Positions 1 through 9,545 of a DNA stretch of 43,183 bases are shown here, one piece after another. This DNA comes from Oribacterium sp. (lineage in GTDB: Bacteria; Bacillota; Clostridia; Lachnospirales; Lachnospiraceae): assembly GCA_963592375.1 (NCBI GenBank), contig CAVAXR010000001.1:1-43183 (forward strand), read 5' to 3'. Positions within the stretch are counted from its first letter, which is position 1. The number at the start of each line of letters is the position of its first letter. Both the position numbers and the translations under genes were made by a program. Under the pieces are notes generated by a model. That model was not told where the DNA came from and ran no database searches. It was given only the letters and a program-made list of their open reading frames with translations.

Positions 1-234
1 GTTCTCCGCCAATGTGGTTGCCGGAAGTGCCGGTGCAGCCGTGAGTGACGTGCAGCTGGCGAACATAGCGCGGTAGCAGTTCTCCGCCAATGTGGTTGCC
101 GGAAGTGCCGGTGCAGCCGTGAGTGACGTGCAGCTGGCGAACATAGCGCGGTAGCAGTTCTCCGCCAATGTGGTTGCCGGAAGTGCCGGTGCAGCCGTGA
201 GTGACGTGCAGTTGTGGAACATCTGCCAGTAGCA
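1..234. repeat. 78-bp coding tandem repeat, 3 units
   Basis: Units start at 1, 79 and 157; the first two are identical. Confidence 0.97.
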
Positions 235-585
235 GCTCACCGCCAATGTCGGATGTTTCCCTGTCGCAACGGTCTGCCAATCCAGCAGGTTCTCAATGTT
301 GCCCGTGCAGGAGACGTTTGCGCCCGTCAGAGTCCACGCAGAACCGTTGCTTATAACCGTGTTCCCTGTTCCCCGGACATAAATCTCCGTTGCCCCGCCG
401 CCGGATAGTTGCGAACCGTCCCAGAGCGTCCAATTCTTGCTGTCTGTTGAATAATACAGCGTACCGTCCCAGTTTTTTGTGGATACCGCAAGCGTAAAGC
501 TCGATGGGCTTGAAAACGTGATATACGTCGGCTCCGGCTCTGTTACGTTGATCCTACGCCTACCCAGAAAAATCCCGTATCCCAT
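1..585 (-). CDS. 5' part of LRR-like (BspA-type) 26-aa repeat protein; continues across the window junction into 42620..43183
   Basis: Not in the ORF track. ATG at 585 reads open to base 1: MGYGIFLGRRRINVTEPEPTYITFSSPSSFTLAVSTKNWDGTLYYSTD...GNIENLLDWQTVATGKHPTLAVSCYWQMFHNCTSLTAAPALPATTLAEN. About 370 aa in total if the ends are merged at the 36-nt overlap. Confidence 0.85.
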   Translation of the reverse strand, partial: MGYGIFLGRRRINVTEPEPTYITFSSPSSFTLAVSTKNWDGTLYYSTDSKNWTLWDGSQLSGGGATEIYVRGTGNTVISNGSAWTLTGANVSCTGNIENLLDWQTVATGKHPTLAVSCYWQMFHNCTSLTAAPALPATTLAENCYRAMFASCTSLTAAPALPATTLAENCYRAMFASCTSLTAAPALPATTLAEN

Positions 586-592
586 CTATCGG

Positions 593-805
593 TCACGCTC
601 CCGTCTCACGCATCAGCACGTCTTCCATGTACTTCATGCAGACGATGCCGTGCTTGCGGTATAAATCGTCATACTTGCATTGCATCGTGTACAGCTCCGT
701 GTTCAGCTTTTCGATTTCACAAAGGAGCTTCTGGATGTTCTCGTCCGTAGCCTTGAGTCCGTGATTCACGCAGACAGGAGAATCTGTAACGTCACTGTAG
801 TTCAT
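593..805 (-). CDS. hypothetical protein, 70 aa, short coiled coil
   Basis: ATG overlaps the stop of the upstream fibre gene; fills the gap before the repeat gene. Confidence 0.7.
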   Translation of the reverse strand: MNYSDVTDSPVCVNHGLKATDENIQKLLCEIEKLNTELYTMQCKYDDLYRKHGIVCMKYMEDVLMRETGA

Positions 806-2847
806 CTCACAACCTCCACCACAATCGGAATCGCCGTTCCGATGGATTCCTTCGCCCGAACGGTCAGCGTATTCGCCGCCGTTGCGCGTATGTCATAGAT
901 TTTCGCCACGTTCTCGAGAGCCGTATCCATGTCAGCCGAAGCCGAAAGGCTTGCCATGTTGACATCCCACAGGATGTTATCCGAGGCAAGGATGCCCGAA
1001 ACGGTAATGGTCTGCGTATAAGGAGCTGCCGATCCCGACCAGCTCGTCCCGGTCGAAGCCGTATACACCGTCTTCGAAGCCTTCGCATTCCATGCAGTTC
1101 TCTCTGCCGCCGTAATGTGGACGGTGGTGTTTCCCGTATGCGATGTCAAATCGGATGCGTTCGCCTTCGCATTCCAAGCCGTGCGCTCAGAGGACGTGAC
1201 ATGGACGGTAGTGTCCCCCGTATGCGCGGAAAACTCTGCCGTGCCGACCTTGTTATTCCAAGTAGATTTTTCCGTAGTGGTGACGTGGATGTCGGAATTT
1301 CCCGTATGCGTGTCCAGATTGGACTGAACAGATGCCGCCGCCCCCGATTCCTCCTTATAGGAAAGAGCCGCCGCCACGCCACCGCTTGTGACGGGGTTCG
1401 TGCTTCCCGCAGTAGGCGCGGAATCAAACGTCAGCGCATCCTGCTTGCCGTCCGTCTTCGTCGCGACATACGCCGCGATGCCTCCCGCCGCAAGGACTGC
1501 GCTCCCCGCGTCATAATCGGCAGCCGACATATCGCCCGAACCCGCTCCTGCCGCGCCTCGGCAATACCCCGCGTCCCGCGTTGTGCCGTCAGACAGCGTC
1601 AGAATTAGATGGTACTGCGCATCAATGGACGCGCCCGTGATGCTCGTTCCGTTCGTTCCGTCCGTGCCGTCCGTGCCGTTGTACACGGAGAACGTCGAAG
1701 CCGTGCTGTCGGTATAGGTAATCGTGTAGGTATCGGCCGAACCGGCCTTCCCCGTGCCGGACGTGCGGACGATGCTCACGATGCCGCGCCCGTCCTCGCC
1801 GTCTTCTCCGTTGGTGCCGTTCGTACCCGGGGCTCCGGGCGCGCCTGTGGCACCCGCGGCACCTGTAGCACCCTTCGGTGCTGTGATTTCATATGAAGTC
1901 TTGTCCGTCAGATTGACGGTATAGACGCGGTTTCCGTCCGAATCCGTGCGGGAGAATACGATTGAGGCAATGCCCGTGCCGTCTTCTCCGTCCGTGCCGT
2001 TCGTGCCGTCCTGTCCGGGCTTTCCATCCGTGCCGTCCGTGCCGTTGGTGCCGTCACGTCCCGCAGCTCCCGTGTCACCCTTCGCGCCCCTCGGAGCCGT
2101 GAACTCATACGCCGTGCCGTCCGTCATGGTGACGGTATAGACGTTGCCGCCAGCTGCATCCGTGCGGGTATAGCTCACGCCGGAGATGCCCGTGCCGGTC
2201 TCTCCCGTGCTGCCCTTCTCGCCCTGTACCGTGCCCAAGTCGCGCCATGCTTCCCCGTTCCAGACGTAGCCGTGTACGCTGTCCGTGCCTACGGCATAGC
2301 AGTCTCCCACGCCGGGAACCGGCACAGCCGCCGTCAGCGCCGCCAGCGTATCGTATTTGTCGAGGATCTTGAAGCCGTCTCCCGGTCTTCCTTGAATGCC
2401 CTGTTCACCCTTGAGAGAAGCCAGCCACTCCTCCTCCGTGCCGGAGTAGCCGTGCCGGATCGCCAGCGCATACGCCGACAGATAATACCCGTGCCTCTCG
2501 GCCTGCCCGTTCGACGGAGCCACTCTGGAGCCGTACCAGCCGGAGTATTCCTCATACGCCTCGTTGAACAGCTCATACGAATTCGCGTACCGCTTGATTT
2601 CCGCGTTCGCAAGATCGATCATCATGTACAGGAAATACCTGTACAGCTTTGAAAACGGTTCCGGGACTAAGAGATCAACCGCCAGATTCTGTTCGTCATA
2701 GCGAACCGTGTCCTCCGGCTCCAGAAAATAGATGTCGGTCTGTACACGTCCCTCGATCTCGTTCACCCATTCGACCATCGTTGCCGCATCAAATGCGTGT
2801 CCGGGTCTGGTTGTGTTCACAAAGGTCAAAAGAGAATTCAATACCAT
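802..2847 (-). CDS. collagen-like tail fibre with N-terminal head-tail adaptor-like domain
   Basis: GGAGG RBS; several G-X-Y runs; SAYALA..GYSGTEEEWLASLKG motif; repeated GI-S-x(n)-YTVTxTD knobs; three HTGxxxxHVTxxExxxWNxK repeats; first gene after the capsid gene. Confidence 0.85.
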   Translation of the reverse strand: MVLNSLLTFVNTTRPGHAFDAATMVEWVNEIEGRVQTDIYFLEPEDTVRYDEQNLAVDLLVPEPFSKLYRYFLYMMIDLANAEIKRYANSYELFNEAYEEYSGWYGSRVAPSNGQAERHGYYLSAYALAIRHGYSGTEEEWLASLKGEQGIQGRPGDGFKILDKYDTLAALTAAVPVPGVGDCYAVGTDSVHGYVWNGEAWRDLGTVQGEKGSTGETGTGISGVSYTRTDAAGGNVYTVTMTDGTAYEFTAPRGAKGDTGAAGRDGTNGTDGTDGKPGQDGTNGTDGEDGTGIASIVFSRTDSDGNRVYTVNLTDKTSYEITAPKGATGAAGATGAPGAPGTNGTNGEDGEDGRGIVSIVRTSGTGKAGSADTYTITYTDSTASTFSVYNGTDGTDGTNGTSITGASIDAQYHLILTLSDGTTRDAGYCRGAAGAGSGDMSAADYDAGSAVLAAGGIAAYVATKTDGKQDALTFDSAPTAGSTNPVTSGGVAAALSYKEESGAAASVQSNLDTHTGNSDIHVTTTEKSTWNNKVGTAEFSAHTGDTTVHVTSSERTAWNAKANASDLTSHTGNTTVHITAAERTAWNAKASKTVYTASTGTSWSGSAAPYTQTITVSGILASDNILWDVNMASLSASADMDTALENVAKIYDIRATAANTLTVRAKESIGTAIPIVVEVVR

Positions 2848-2878
2848 TGCTTTGTTCCTCCTCCAAACTGAGCGTTAT

Positions 2879-2945
2879 CTCCCCTTTTCGGGCGGGGGAT
2901 GCGGTTGCTTAGGGTTTGTCACATCCCCCTTGCCCGAAAGGGGAG
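2879..2945 (-). terminator. long stem-loop after the capsid gene (attenuator, terminator or mRNA stabiliser)
   Basis: CTCCCCTTTTCGGGCGGGGGATG (2879-2901) is nearly complementary to CATCCCCCTTGCCCGAAAGGGGAG (2922-2945); no strong U-tract. Confidence 0.5.
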
Positions 2946-2951
2946 CTGCCG

Positions 2952-3959
2952 TCAGCTCAGAGCCTTCGCGCCGGAGATGCCGCCGACGGAGAAGGCACGC
3001 CAATCAGCGAAGCCCGCGCCGAAGCGGAAGTACATCTGCCAGACGTTCGCCAGGGTGCTGTGGTCAAGATACGAATTGACCTCCAGCCCGGTGCGGTCGA
3101 ACCACAGAGCCGCGTCGAAATCCTCCAGGTAACGGGAATCGACCAGCATCCACGGGGTATCGCCCGCCTCGACAAACTGGTTCAGATACGGCCACACGAT
3201 GATGTTCCAGCGGCCGAACTGATAGTTCATGGCGTTGGTCGAATCGACCGGGGACTTCTCGGAACCGACAGCCACGAAGGCCGCCTTCTTGATGGACTGG
3301 ATGTTCGGGATGACGATGGTGTCGGGGGCGAGGTTCAGAATGTTGCCGTCATCGTCGGTGAACATCTGATGCGCGGTCTCCAGAAGACCGAGGTTGTCGG
3401 CGGTCAGCTCTCCCGCGAACTGGTTGGCCTGCGTATAGCCGGAGCGGGTCTTGGACTTATGCTCGCCGGAGAACAGAGCGACGTTGTCGGCGGTCGCAAG
3501 GGAAAAGTCCCAGCCATCGAACGTCATCTTGTCCGCGCCGCCGAAGGCATGGCCGAACATGGAAGCCGCGAAGACCTCCATCTTCCTGTAGTACGCCGCG
3601 ATGAACGCCGCAGGCTGCTTCTTCAGATCCATCATCTGCGCGTCATCGATCATCTCACGGGTAACCGCGAACTGATCTCTCCACGCGACATGGTGGATTT
3701 CCTTGGAGAAGCCCTCCTGGAAGCCGTCAACAGGAGCGAGACCGTTCTCGCCCACGGGCTTCGGGCCAGCCATAGCGGTCATGCCGGTGACCTTCTCAGC
3801 CCAGCGGGAGGATTTCTGAATCTTGAACAGCTTCTTCCAGACGGAAGCCTGGTCAAAGGCCTCAGCGCGCTGCTCAATAAACGTACGGATGGGAGCCTGT
3901 GACTTGCCGTAGATGGAGTCATTCAGGCCGGGCTCCATGGAGAAAATGATATTAGCCAT
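2952..3959 (-). CDS. major capsid protein
   Basis: 335 aa; follows the scaffold and decoration genes; VGE-G motif, VTREMIDD, and C-terminal RFGAGFADWRA resemble Mu gpT-like HK97-fold capsids; strong RBS. Confidence 0.85.
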   Translation of the reverse strand: MANIIFSMEPGLNDSIYGKSQAPIRTFIEQRAEAFDQASVWKKLFKIQKSSRWAEKVTGMTAMAGPKPVGENGLAPVDGFQEGFSKEIHHVAWRDQFAVTREMIDDAQMMDLKKQPAAFIAAYYRKMEVFAASMFGHAFGGADKMTFDGWDFSLATADNVALFSGEHKSKTRSGYTQANQFAGELTADNLGLLETAHQMFTDDDGNILNLAPDTIVIPNIQSIKKAAFVAVGSEKSPVDSTNAMNYQFGRWNIIVWPYLNQFVEAGDTPWMLVDSRYLEDFDAALWFDRTGLEVNSYLDHSTLANVWQMYFRFGAGFADWRAFSVGGISGAKALS

Positions 3960-3993
3960 AAGTAACTGCCTCCTTTTTCACTGACCTGCCGGT

Positions 3994-4404
3994 TCAGACG
4001 TTCGCCGCGGTGTCGAAGGTGACGAGGATCGCGGAGCCGACGGCGGTTCCCTCAATGCCTCTCACGGTCGCGGTGCCGCCAGAAGTGGTCGCGGTAACCT
4101 GCATACCGTCGGTATGAACGGTCACCTTGTCTCCGACCTTCACGGAGGTGAACGCCGCAGCAGCATGGGTCTCATAGATGATGTCATCACGCACGGGCGT
4201 CACGCACAGCTTGCCCGCCGCGTCAAGGGTGGTCTCCTTCATGGAGATGAACTGGGGAACGGTAGTGCCGGAGCACAGCTTCAGAACGCCGCCGTCCAGG
4301 GTGAGAAGCTCTCCGACCTTATAGGTGCCGGCCGCCGCGTCCATAGAATGGACAAACGCGGTCTGCTCTTCACGGCCGATCTTGTAGGGGATGAAGCCTT
4401 CCAT
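3994..4404 (-). CDS. capsid decoration/cement protein
   Basis: 136 aa, beta- and Gly-rich, between scaffold and capsid genes. Confidence 0.65.
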   Translation of the reverse strand: MEGFIPYKIGREEQTAFVHSMDAAAGTYKVGELLTLDGGVLKLCSGTTVPQFISMKETTLDAAGKLCVTPVRDDIIYETHAAAAFTSVKVGDKVTVHTDGMQVTATTSGGTATVRGIEGTAVGSAILVTFDTAANV

Positions 4405-4406
4405 AG

Positions 4407-5345
4407 TTATTTACTTCCTTTCCTGATGGAATTGAGATATTTGGCATACGCCTCGCGCTGCTTTTCGGGATCGGTAATGCCGAAGCCGTCAAACATCCGC
4501 TTCGTGTCTGCCGGGATTTCGATCTCGCCAGAGCCTCGCTGCGCGGTGCTCTGGAGATGATCCTTGGAGTTGGCTGCGTTGACCGCAGCCTGTCTTGCCG
4601 CGTCGGTGCGTGCGCCGGAGATTTTGTCGAAGTTCTCGATCTTCCACGCCTCAAGCCATGTAGCCTTGCCGGACTTGACGCGTTCTGCGATCTGCTTTCC
4701 CTTCGCCGTCTTCACCAGACTGTCCACGTCCTTCACGGTGGGGTCATACTTGGCAATCTCCCGGATATCGCGGGAGACGGCCTCCTGCAGCAGATCGTTG
4801 TATCTCTGCTGCTCCATTTTGCGGGAGAACTGCGCCGCCCTCTGCATATCCTGTCCGAGGGGGGTCTGCGCGAACAGAGCCGAAATTGTATCCGCGTCCA
4901 GACCTGCGGCCTTCACCTTTTCCAGCGCAGCCGCACGGGACTCCTCCTGCTCCTGCCTTTCCCGTGCCGCGATATACTCATCGTAATCCGCACGGGAGCG
5001 GATTTCCTTCCCCGTATAGGGGTTTTTCTTCCCCGCGAAAGCCGCCGCGTAGTGAGCGTCCAGAATGGCGCGTTGGGTGGACTCATTTACCGCTCCCATA
5101 CCGGGTGATTCCGACTGCTCCTCTTCGGTGCCCGTGCTTTCCTCATCGCCGGAGGGGACTGTTTCCTCTGCGGGTTCCTCATCCGTAGTCTCCTCTGCGG
5201 TTTCGGTCACGGGTTCTTCAACTTCTGCGGGGGTCTCTGCCGTATTGCTGTCCTCGGGGACGGCTCCCGGAGCCTCGGCTTCGGCCTCGGCAGAGGGTTC
5301 GGAGATTCCGAACGCCTCATAGATCGCGCTGCTTTCGGTGTCCAT
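4407..5345 (-). CDS. capsid scaffolding protein
   Basis: Very acidic disordered N-terminus, helical body, basic C-terminal tip; lies between portal and capsid genes. Confidence 0.75.
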   Translation of the reverse strand: MDTESSAIYEAFGISEPSAEAEAEAPGAVPEDSNTAETPAEVEEPVTETAEETTDEEPAEETVPSGDEESTGTEEEQSESPGMGAVNESTQRAILDAHYAAAFAGKKNPYTGKEIRSRADYDEYIAARERQEQEESRAAALEKVKAAGLDADTISALFAQTPLGQDMQRAAQFSRKMEQQRYNDLLQEAVSRDIREIAKYDPTVKDVDSLVKTAKGKQIAERVKSGKATWLEAWKIENFDKISGARTDAARQAAVNAANSKDHLQSTAQRGSGEIEIPADTKRMFDGFGITDPEKQREAYAKYLNSIRKGSK

Positions 5346-5359
5346 ACGTTACTCTCCTC

Positions 5360-5494
5360 TTATTTCTTGTTCTCGCTGCCCTTGTTGCGCAGATCGTTGC
5401 CGCGCTTCACAGAGGCGCCCTTGGAGGTGCCGGTGCCGGCTTTGTTGGACTTGATGACCTGGGTCGCGGAGTGGGAAATGTCAGTGCTCTTCAT
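5360..5494 (-). CDS. small basic protein, 44 aa
   Basis: Below the ORF-track cutoff. MKSTDISHSATQVIKSNKAGTGTSKGASVKRGNDLRNKGSENKK; AAGGAG RBS; genome-typical codon use. Confidence 0.7.
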   Translation of the reverse strand: MKSTDISHSATQVIKSNKAGTGTSKGASVKRGNDLRNKGSENKK

Positions 5495-5685
5495 AATCGT
5501 TGTACTCCTTCCTTGTCTTTGGGAATGTGTAAATCTCGGTTTTCCTGTCTGATGGCGCGGTCAAGGTTTTCCACAAGATGCTCGTTCCACGCCATGCCTC
5601 GGATGGCTGCGGGATAGCTGCAGGGGTCGCGGATAGTGAACCGACACTTTCGGCTCTTAAGCGTCAGGACTCGTTTACCGGGCAA
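5491..5685 (-). CDS. hypothetical protein, about 64 aa, TTG start
   Basis: GGAGG 8 nt before TTG; ATGA overlap with the next ORF; fills the gap after the portal gene. Confidence 0.45.
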   Translation of the reverse strand: MPGKRVLTLKSRKCRFTIRDPCSYPAAIRGMAWNEHLVENLDRAIRQENRDLHIPKDKEGVQRL

Positions 5686-7738
5686 TCCCCGCACCTCCTC
5701 TCATGGCATTCACGTCCGCTCTCGCGTCCGCTTGTGCCTGTCGGATGGTTTCAATCTCAAGCTGCCGCTCTGCGGCCTCGGCCTCGGACTGTGCCGCCGC
5801 CTGCGCCTCCTCGTCAGCTCTCCGATTCTCGCGGTCAAGCTGCTCGTCCTCTCTGGACTGTGCAGCCTCCTGCTGCTGCTGGAGAAGCTGCTGCTGCTGT
5901 TCGGCCTGTGCCTGTGCCTTCTCCGCAAGCTGCTGAACGTACTTCAGCGCCGCATCTGCGTAGGGGTAATGGAACTTCTCCATAAGCCCCCAGAATAGCG
6001 TCAGCGTGCCGTAGTCCTGCGCGTTGCCATACGCGCCGGTCTGAAGGTTCAGCCTCGCCTCCTGCCACAGGGACTCGCGGTTTGTGGCAAGTGAAGCCGC
6101 CGTATCGCAGGAGAACAGGAAGTCATCGTTCCAATACCATTCTCCCGCCGCATCCTGCCGCAGGAACAGATATCTGTCGAATTCGCCGTACTCCCGCTCT
6201 CCGTCCATGGCCTCGCGGCTCACGGGACGCGGTTCATCGGAATACGCCAATTTGAACTTGAAGATGGATTCGAACAGACGCGAATATGCCGCGTGCTTCA
6301 TGATGCGCTTGGATTCCAAGCGGCCTGCGGACTGCTGTGCCGCGAACTGCTTGGCCGTGCCGGACGTTGCCGTGGTATCGCGCCGTCCCTGGAAGGAGTC
6401 CGTGATGCCGATGACCTGTCTGGCCTGTTCGTAGATATTCTCGGCATACACCAGATCCTGCTCGATGTCCACGTTCATATCGCGGACGGTAATCATGGAA
6501 ATCCAGTCGGGCTTGTCCATACGAATGACCTTGCCCTCCTTATCATCCGCGCCGATCTTGGCGTCACGCGGAAGCGTAAGGTAGGAGCCGTACTTCATCG
6601 TCTTATCATTCATGGACGTATAGAGCCACTTCAGCGTATTCTGCTGATCCTCGATTTTGTCCACGTCCGAATCGCCCAGGAACTTGCCGAACATCGAAAC
6701 GTTCTTCTGCAGGACTACGGGGAAAATATCGGGCTTATAAAACGGAATCTTCGTCGGCTCGATGGTCACGTTTCCAAGCTCATCGAAATGCGGAGTGCCG
6801 CCCGGAATGACGCGCCCGTCGGGAAGAGGCTTATCCTCAAAGATTTCCTCAAACTCCTCCGTGCGCTCCTCCCACGAAGAGCCGCCGCACACGGGGCAGA
6901 CGTGCTTCCTCTTCTTGTCGGCGTCGGGGTTCTGGCTTCCTTCCGCAGGAGGCGCACCCGCGGGCTCGACCGCGCCGCATTTTTTGCAGCGTCTCAGCCG
7001 TCTGGACTGGTAGTCATCCAGATCCTCCAGCACGGTGTCCCGCACCCATGAGAACAGGCCGACGCCGCCCGAATCGTTTCTGTAGTACGCGACATACTGC
7101 GTGACCATGTCCTCTGCCGCCGATTCATCGGACGAGCCCTTGATGCCCGCCTCCTCTTCGGATTCATCGGACACATCCACTCTGTATTTGCGCCGGATGT
7201 ACTCCTTCGTCTGCGGGATCTTAAGGATGATATAATCCATATCCTCAATACCCGTGTAGACGCCGGCCTGCGGAACGATCTGCTTGGGATGCAGCAGCGA
7301 AACGCAGACATCGCCCACCACGTTATGAGAACGTTCGGAGTTATCCCATTCAACGAGCCACAGGCCGCCGCCCTGGATCGGAACGGTGCGCTCCTGCATA
7401 TCGTTCATTTCTTCAAAGCGCAGACGGTCAAGCTCTCCCCGCAGCATATCCTCGATGACTCGGGCAAGATGCTCGTCTTCCTTCCTCTTCGCCGTGACTT
7501 TAGGCTGCGGAATGTTGGTGTCGACCTGCGCCTCGATCAGCTCGGCCACGATATTGCGGACGTGCGTAGCCTCGCGAAGCTGCGTCTCGCCCGTATGCGC
7601 GTTGAACATATCATGCGTGCCCCGGTACAGATCCTCTCTGTGATCCATCTTCGAGACTTCCGCTTCATACTCCTGCGCGTTCTTTGACAGCCTGCGCTGC
7701 CACAGCTCCAGTCTTTCCGTGCTGTCCTTCTTCGCCAT
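5675..7738 (-). CDS. portal protein with internal CxxC...CxxC insertion
   Basis: 687 aa directly after terL; QARQVIGITDSFQGRRDTTATSGTAK and a Q-rich C-terminal barrel-like helix resemble P22-type portals; start chosen from the GAGGTG RBS. Confidence 0.88.
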   Translation of the reverse strand: MAKKDSTERLELWQRRLSKNAQEYEAEVSKMDHREDLYRGTHDMFNAHTGETQLREATHVRNIVAELIEAQVDTNIPQPKVTAKRKEDEHLARVIEDMLRGELDRLRFEEMNDMQERTVPIQGGGLWLVEWDNSERSHNVVGDVCVSLLHPKQIVPQAGVYTGIEDMDYIILKIPQTKEYIRRKYRVDVSDESEEEAGIKGSSDESAAEDMVTQYVAYYRNDSGGVGLFSWVRDTVLEDLDDYQSRRLRRCKKCGAVEPAGAPPAEGSQNPDADKKRKHVCPVCGGSSWEERTEEFEEIFEDKPLPDGRVIPGGTPHFDELGNVTIEPTKIPFYKPDIFPVVLQKNVSMFGKFLGDSDVDKIEDQQNTLKWLYTSMNDKTMKYGSYLTLPRDAKIGADDKEGKVIRMDKPDWISMITVRDMNVDIEQDLVYAENIYEQARQVIGITDSFQGRRDTTATSGTAKQFAAQQSAGRLESKRIMKHAAYSRLFESIFKFKLAYSDEPRPVSREAMDGEREYGEFDRYLFLRQDAAGEWYWNDDFLFSCDTAASLATNRESLWQEARLNLQTGAYGNAQDYGTLTLFWGLMEKFHYPYADAALKYVQQLAEKAQAQAEQQQQLLQQQQEAAQSREDEQLDRENRRADEEAQAAAQSEAEAAERQLEIETIRQAQADARADVNAMRGGAGIAR

Positions 7739-7751
7739 GTGTTTCATCACC

Positions 7752-9545
7752 TCAATCAAAATACGGTTCGCCCCACATGGCGACCATGGACTGCCGCTCG
7801 GAGGGAGTGGCGTTGTAGTAATCTTCCTTCATGTCGGACGTCCAGCGCACGCCTCTGCGCTGCGGAGTGCCTCCGCAGCGCACGTCCTTCGTCTGCTGCG
7901 GACGGATATAATGTGCAATTGCAAGGCTCATGACGCAGTCATCATGAGCGCCCAGCTCGGCCTCGGCCTTCATGTTCTCGTTGCGCACGAACGTCTCCAT
8001 TTCTTCCAGAGTGTCGCGGTCAACTATATTTTCGGGGTGATCCCTTACCTCTGCTACGAGCTGGGTGATCATGACCGGCCTTGTCTGCCGGTTTGTGCGG
8101 AAACCGTAGGAATGCCTCATGCGCCCTCTGAAGTCATCCTCAACCGCTCTGACGTACTGATGCGGGTATTCCAGTCTCTGAAGCTCCTTCACGGGATGCG
8201 TCGAAAAGTTCACCTCAATGCCAATCAGAGCTTCATTGTAATACATCCCAAGGCAGAACATCTGACGTGCAAATTCGTCCTCATCGTACTGAGCGCGGAG
8301 GACTGCGACCTGCTGCCCCGTGCGGTTATCCAGAACCTGCGCCACGAAGTAGTCAGAACCGTCTCCCGATGTATCCGCGCCGATGACATACGGCACGCCG
8401 TCCTCGGGTTCCCTGTACACCTTCAGCGCACCGTAGCCGCAGGCTTCAAGCCTCGCCTGTGTAATGCGCATCCCGTCATAGTCATACTCAAACATACCCT
8501 CAATGACAGGCTGCGTATTCAGCTCCATCTGTGCCTTGATGGCGCGGGTCGAGAAAACGGTCTTGCCCGTCACGCCCCATTCGCCCAGGCAGTATACTTG
8601 GTAATGATACGGTTCCGTCTCCTTATACGCCTCCAGAACGCGCCTGTTGGCCTCTGAGATGAATCGGTTGTCCTTATAGGTAGACTTGTGTGTCACCACG
8701 TCCGGGCTCTCATGGTCGAAGAATCTCTTCTTCAGCCAATGCATAATCGATATCGGGTTGAACGATATGATAATCTGCTGGTAGTAGTCCGACTTGTCAC
8801 GAAGACGGCGGTCAAGCTCCAGAAAGTCAGCCTCATCAAGCTCACTCGCCTCTTCGATCCATATCGACGTAATGCGGTAAATGGACTTCAGCTTTTCGGG
8901 GTCATCCAGTCCGGCGAAGATGATCTGCGAATCGGTCGACTCGATGTTGATGACCAAGTCTCCCTTGTTCGAAGACCACTTCACGCGGGGATAATACTGA
9001 TTGAGCTGTCCGCACAGCTGCGCAAAGCACGACTCTCTCAGCGTCCTCGCAACCTTTCGGCAGACCAGGATTCTGTGTCCCTTCTCCGTTGTCACCCGCT
9101 CCAGAATCTTGCGGCCGGCGAAGATGGACTTGCCCGATCCGGCACCGCCCATAAGAACCAGGTAACGCGCCTCGCAGAAATAGAGCGGGAGAAAGCTCTC
9201 GTTGTTCGTCTGGCACAGCTCGTTCCACCATTGCGCCACGGCAAGCTGACGGTCGATGTCCTCCTGCGCCGCGTAATCAACCTTCCACGACGGAAGCTCG
9301 GCCTTCTGCAGATCGCGCCGTCTCTTGATCTCAGCCCTCGCGCGCTTTAATGATTCCTCACGCGATATGGGAGAATGCCCGGAAAGATCCCCGGGGTTCT
9401 CCTCGTCCTCGTCTGCGTCAGCCGCGCTCATGCGCTCCGCTTCGAACTCCACAGCCTCCCGCTCACGCTTTGAAAGCCCCCGCAGGATCTCCTGCTCCTC
9501 TGCCGGTACGGAGGACGCCGTACTTTTCTTCTTCTTACTCGACAT
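7752..9545 (-). CDS. terL: terminase large subunit (PBSX/SPP1-like)
   Basis: Walker A GGAGSGKS, Walker B IWIEEA, ISFNP coupling motif, nuclease motifs IGADTSGDGSD and HDDCVMSLAIA. Confidence 0.95.
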   Translation of the reverse strand: MSSKKKKSTASSVPAEEQEILRGLSKREREAVEFEAERMSAADADEDEENPGDLSGHSPISREESLKRARAEIKRRRDLQKAELPSWKVDYAAQEDIDRQLAVAQWWNELCQTNNESFLPLYFCEARYLVLMGGAGSGKSIFAGRKILERVTTEKGHRILVCRKVARTLRESCFAQLCGQLNQYYPRVKWSSNKGDLVINIESTDSQIIFAGLDDPEKLKSIYRITSIWIEEASELDEADFLELDRRLRDKSDYYQQIIISFNPISIMHWLKKRFFDHESPDVVTHKSTYKDNRFISEANRRVLEAYKETEPYHYQVYCLGEWGVTGKTVFSTRAIKAQMELNTQPVIEGMFEYDYDGMRITQARLEACGYGALKVYREPEDGVPYVIGADTSGDGSDYFVAQVLDNRTGQQVAVLRAQYDEDEFARQMFCLGMYYNEALIGIEVNFSTHPVKELQRLEYPHQYVRAVEDDFRGRMRHSYGFRTNRQTRPVMITQLVAEVRDHPENIVDRDTLEEMETFVRNENMKAEAELGAHDDCVMSLAIAHYIRPQQTKDVRCGGTPQRRGVRWTSDMKEDYYNATPSERQSMVAMWGEPYFD

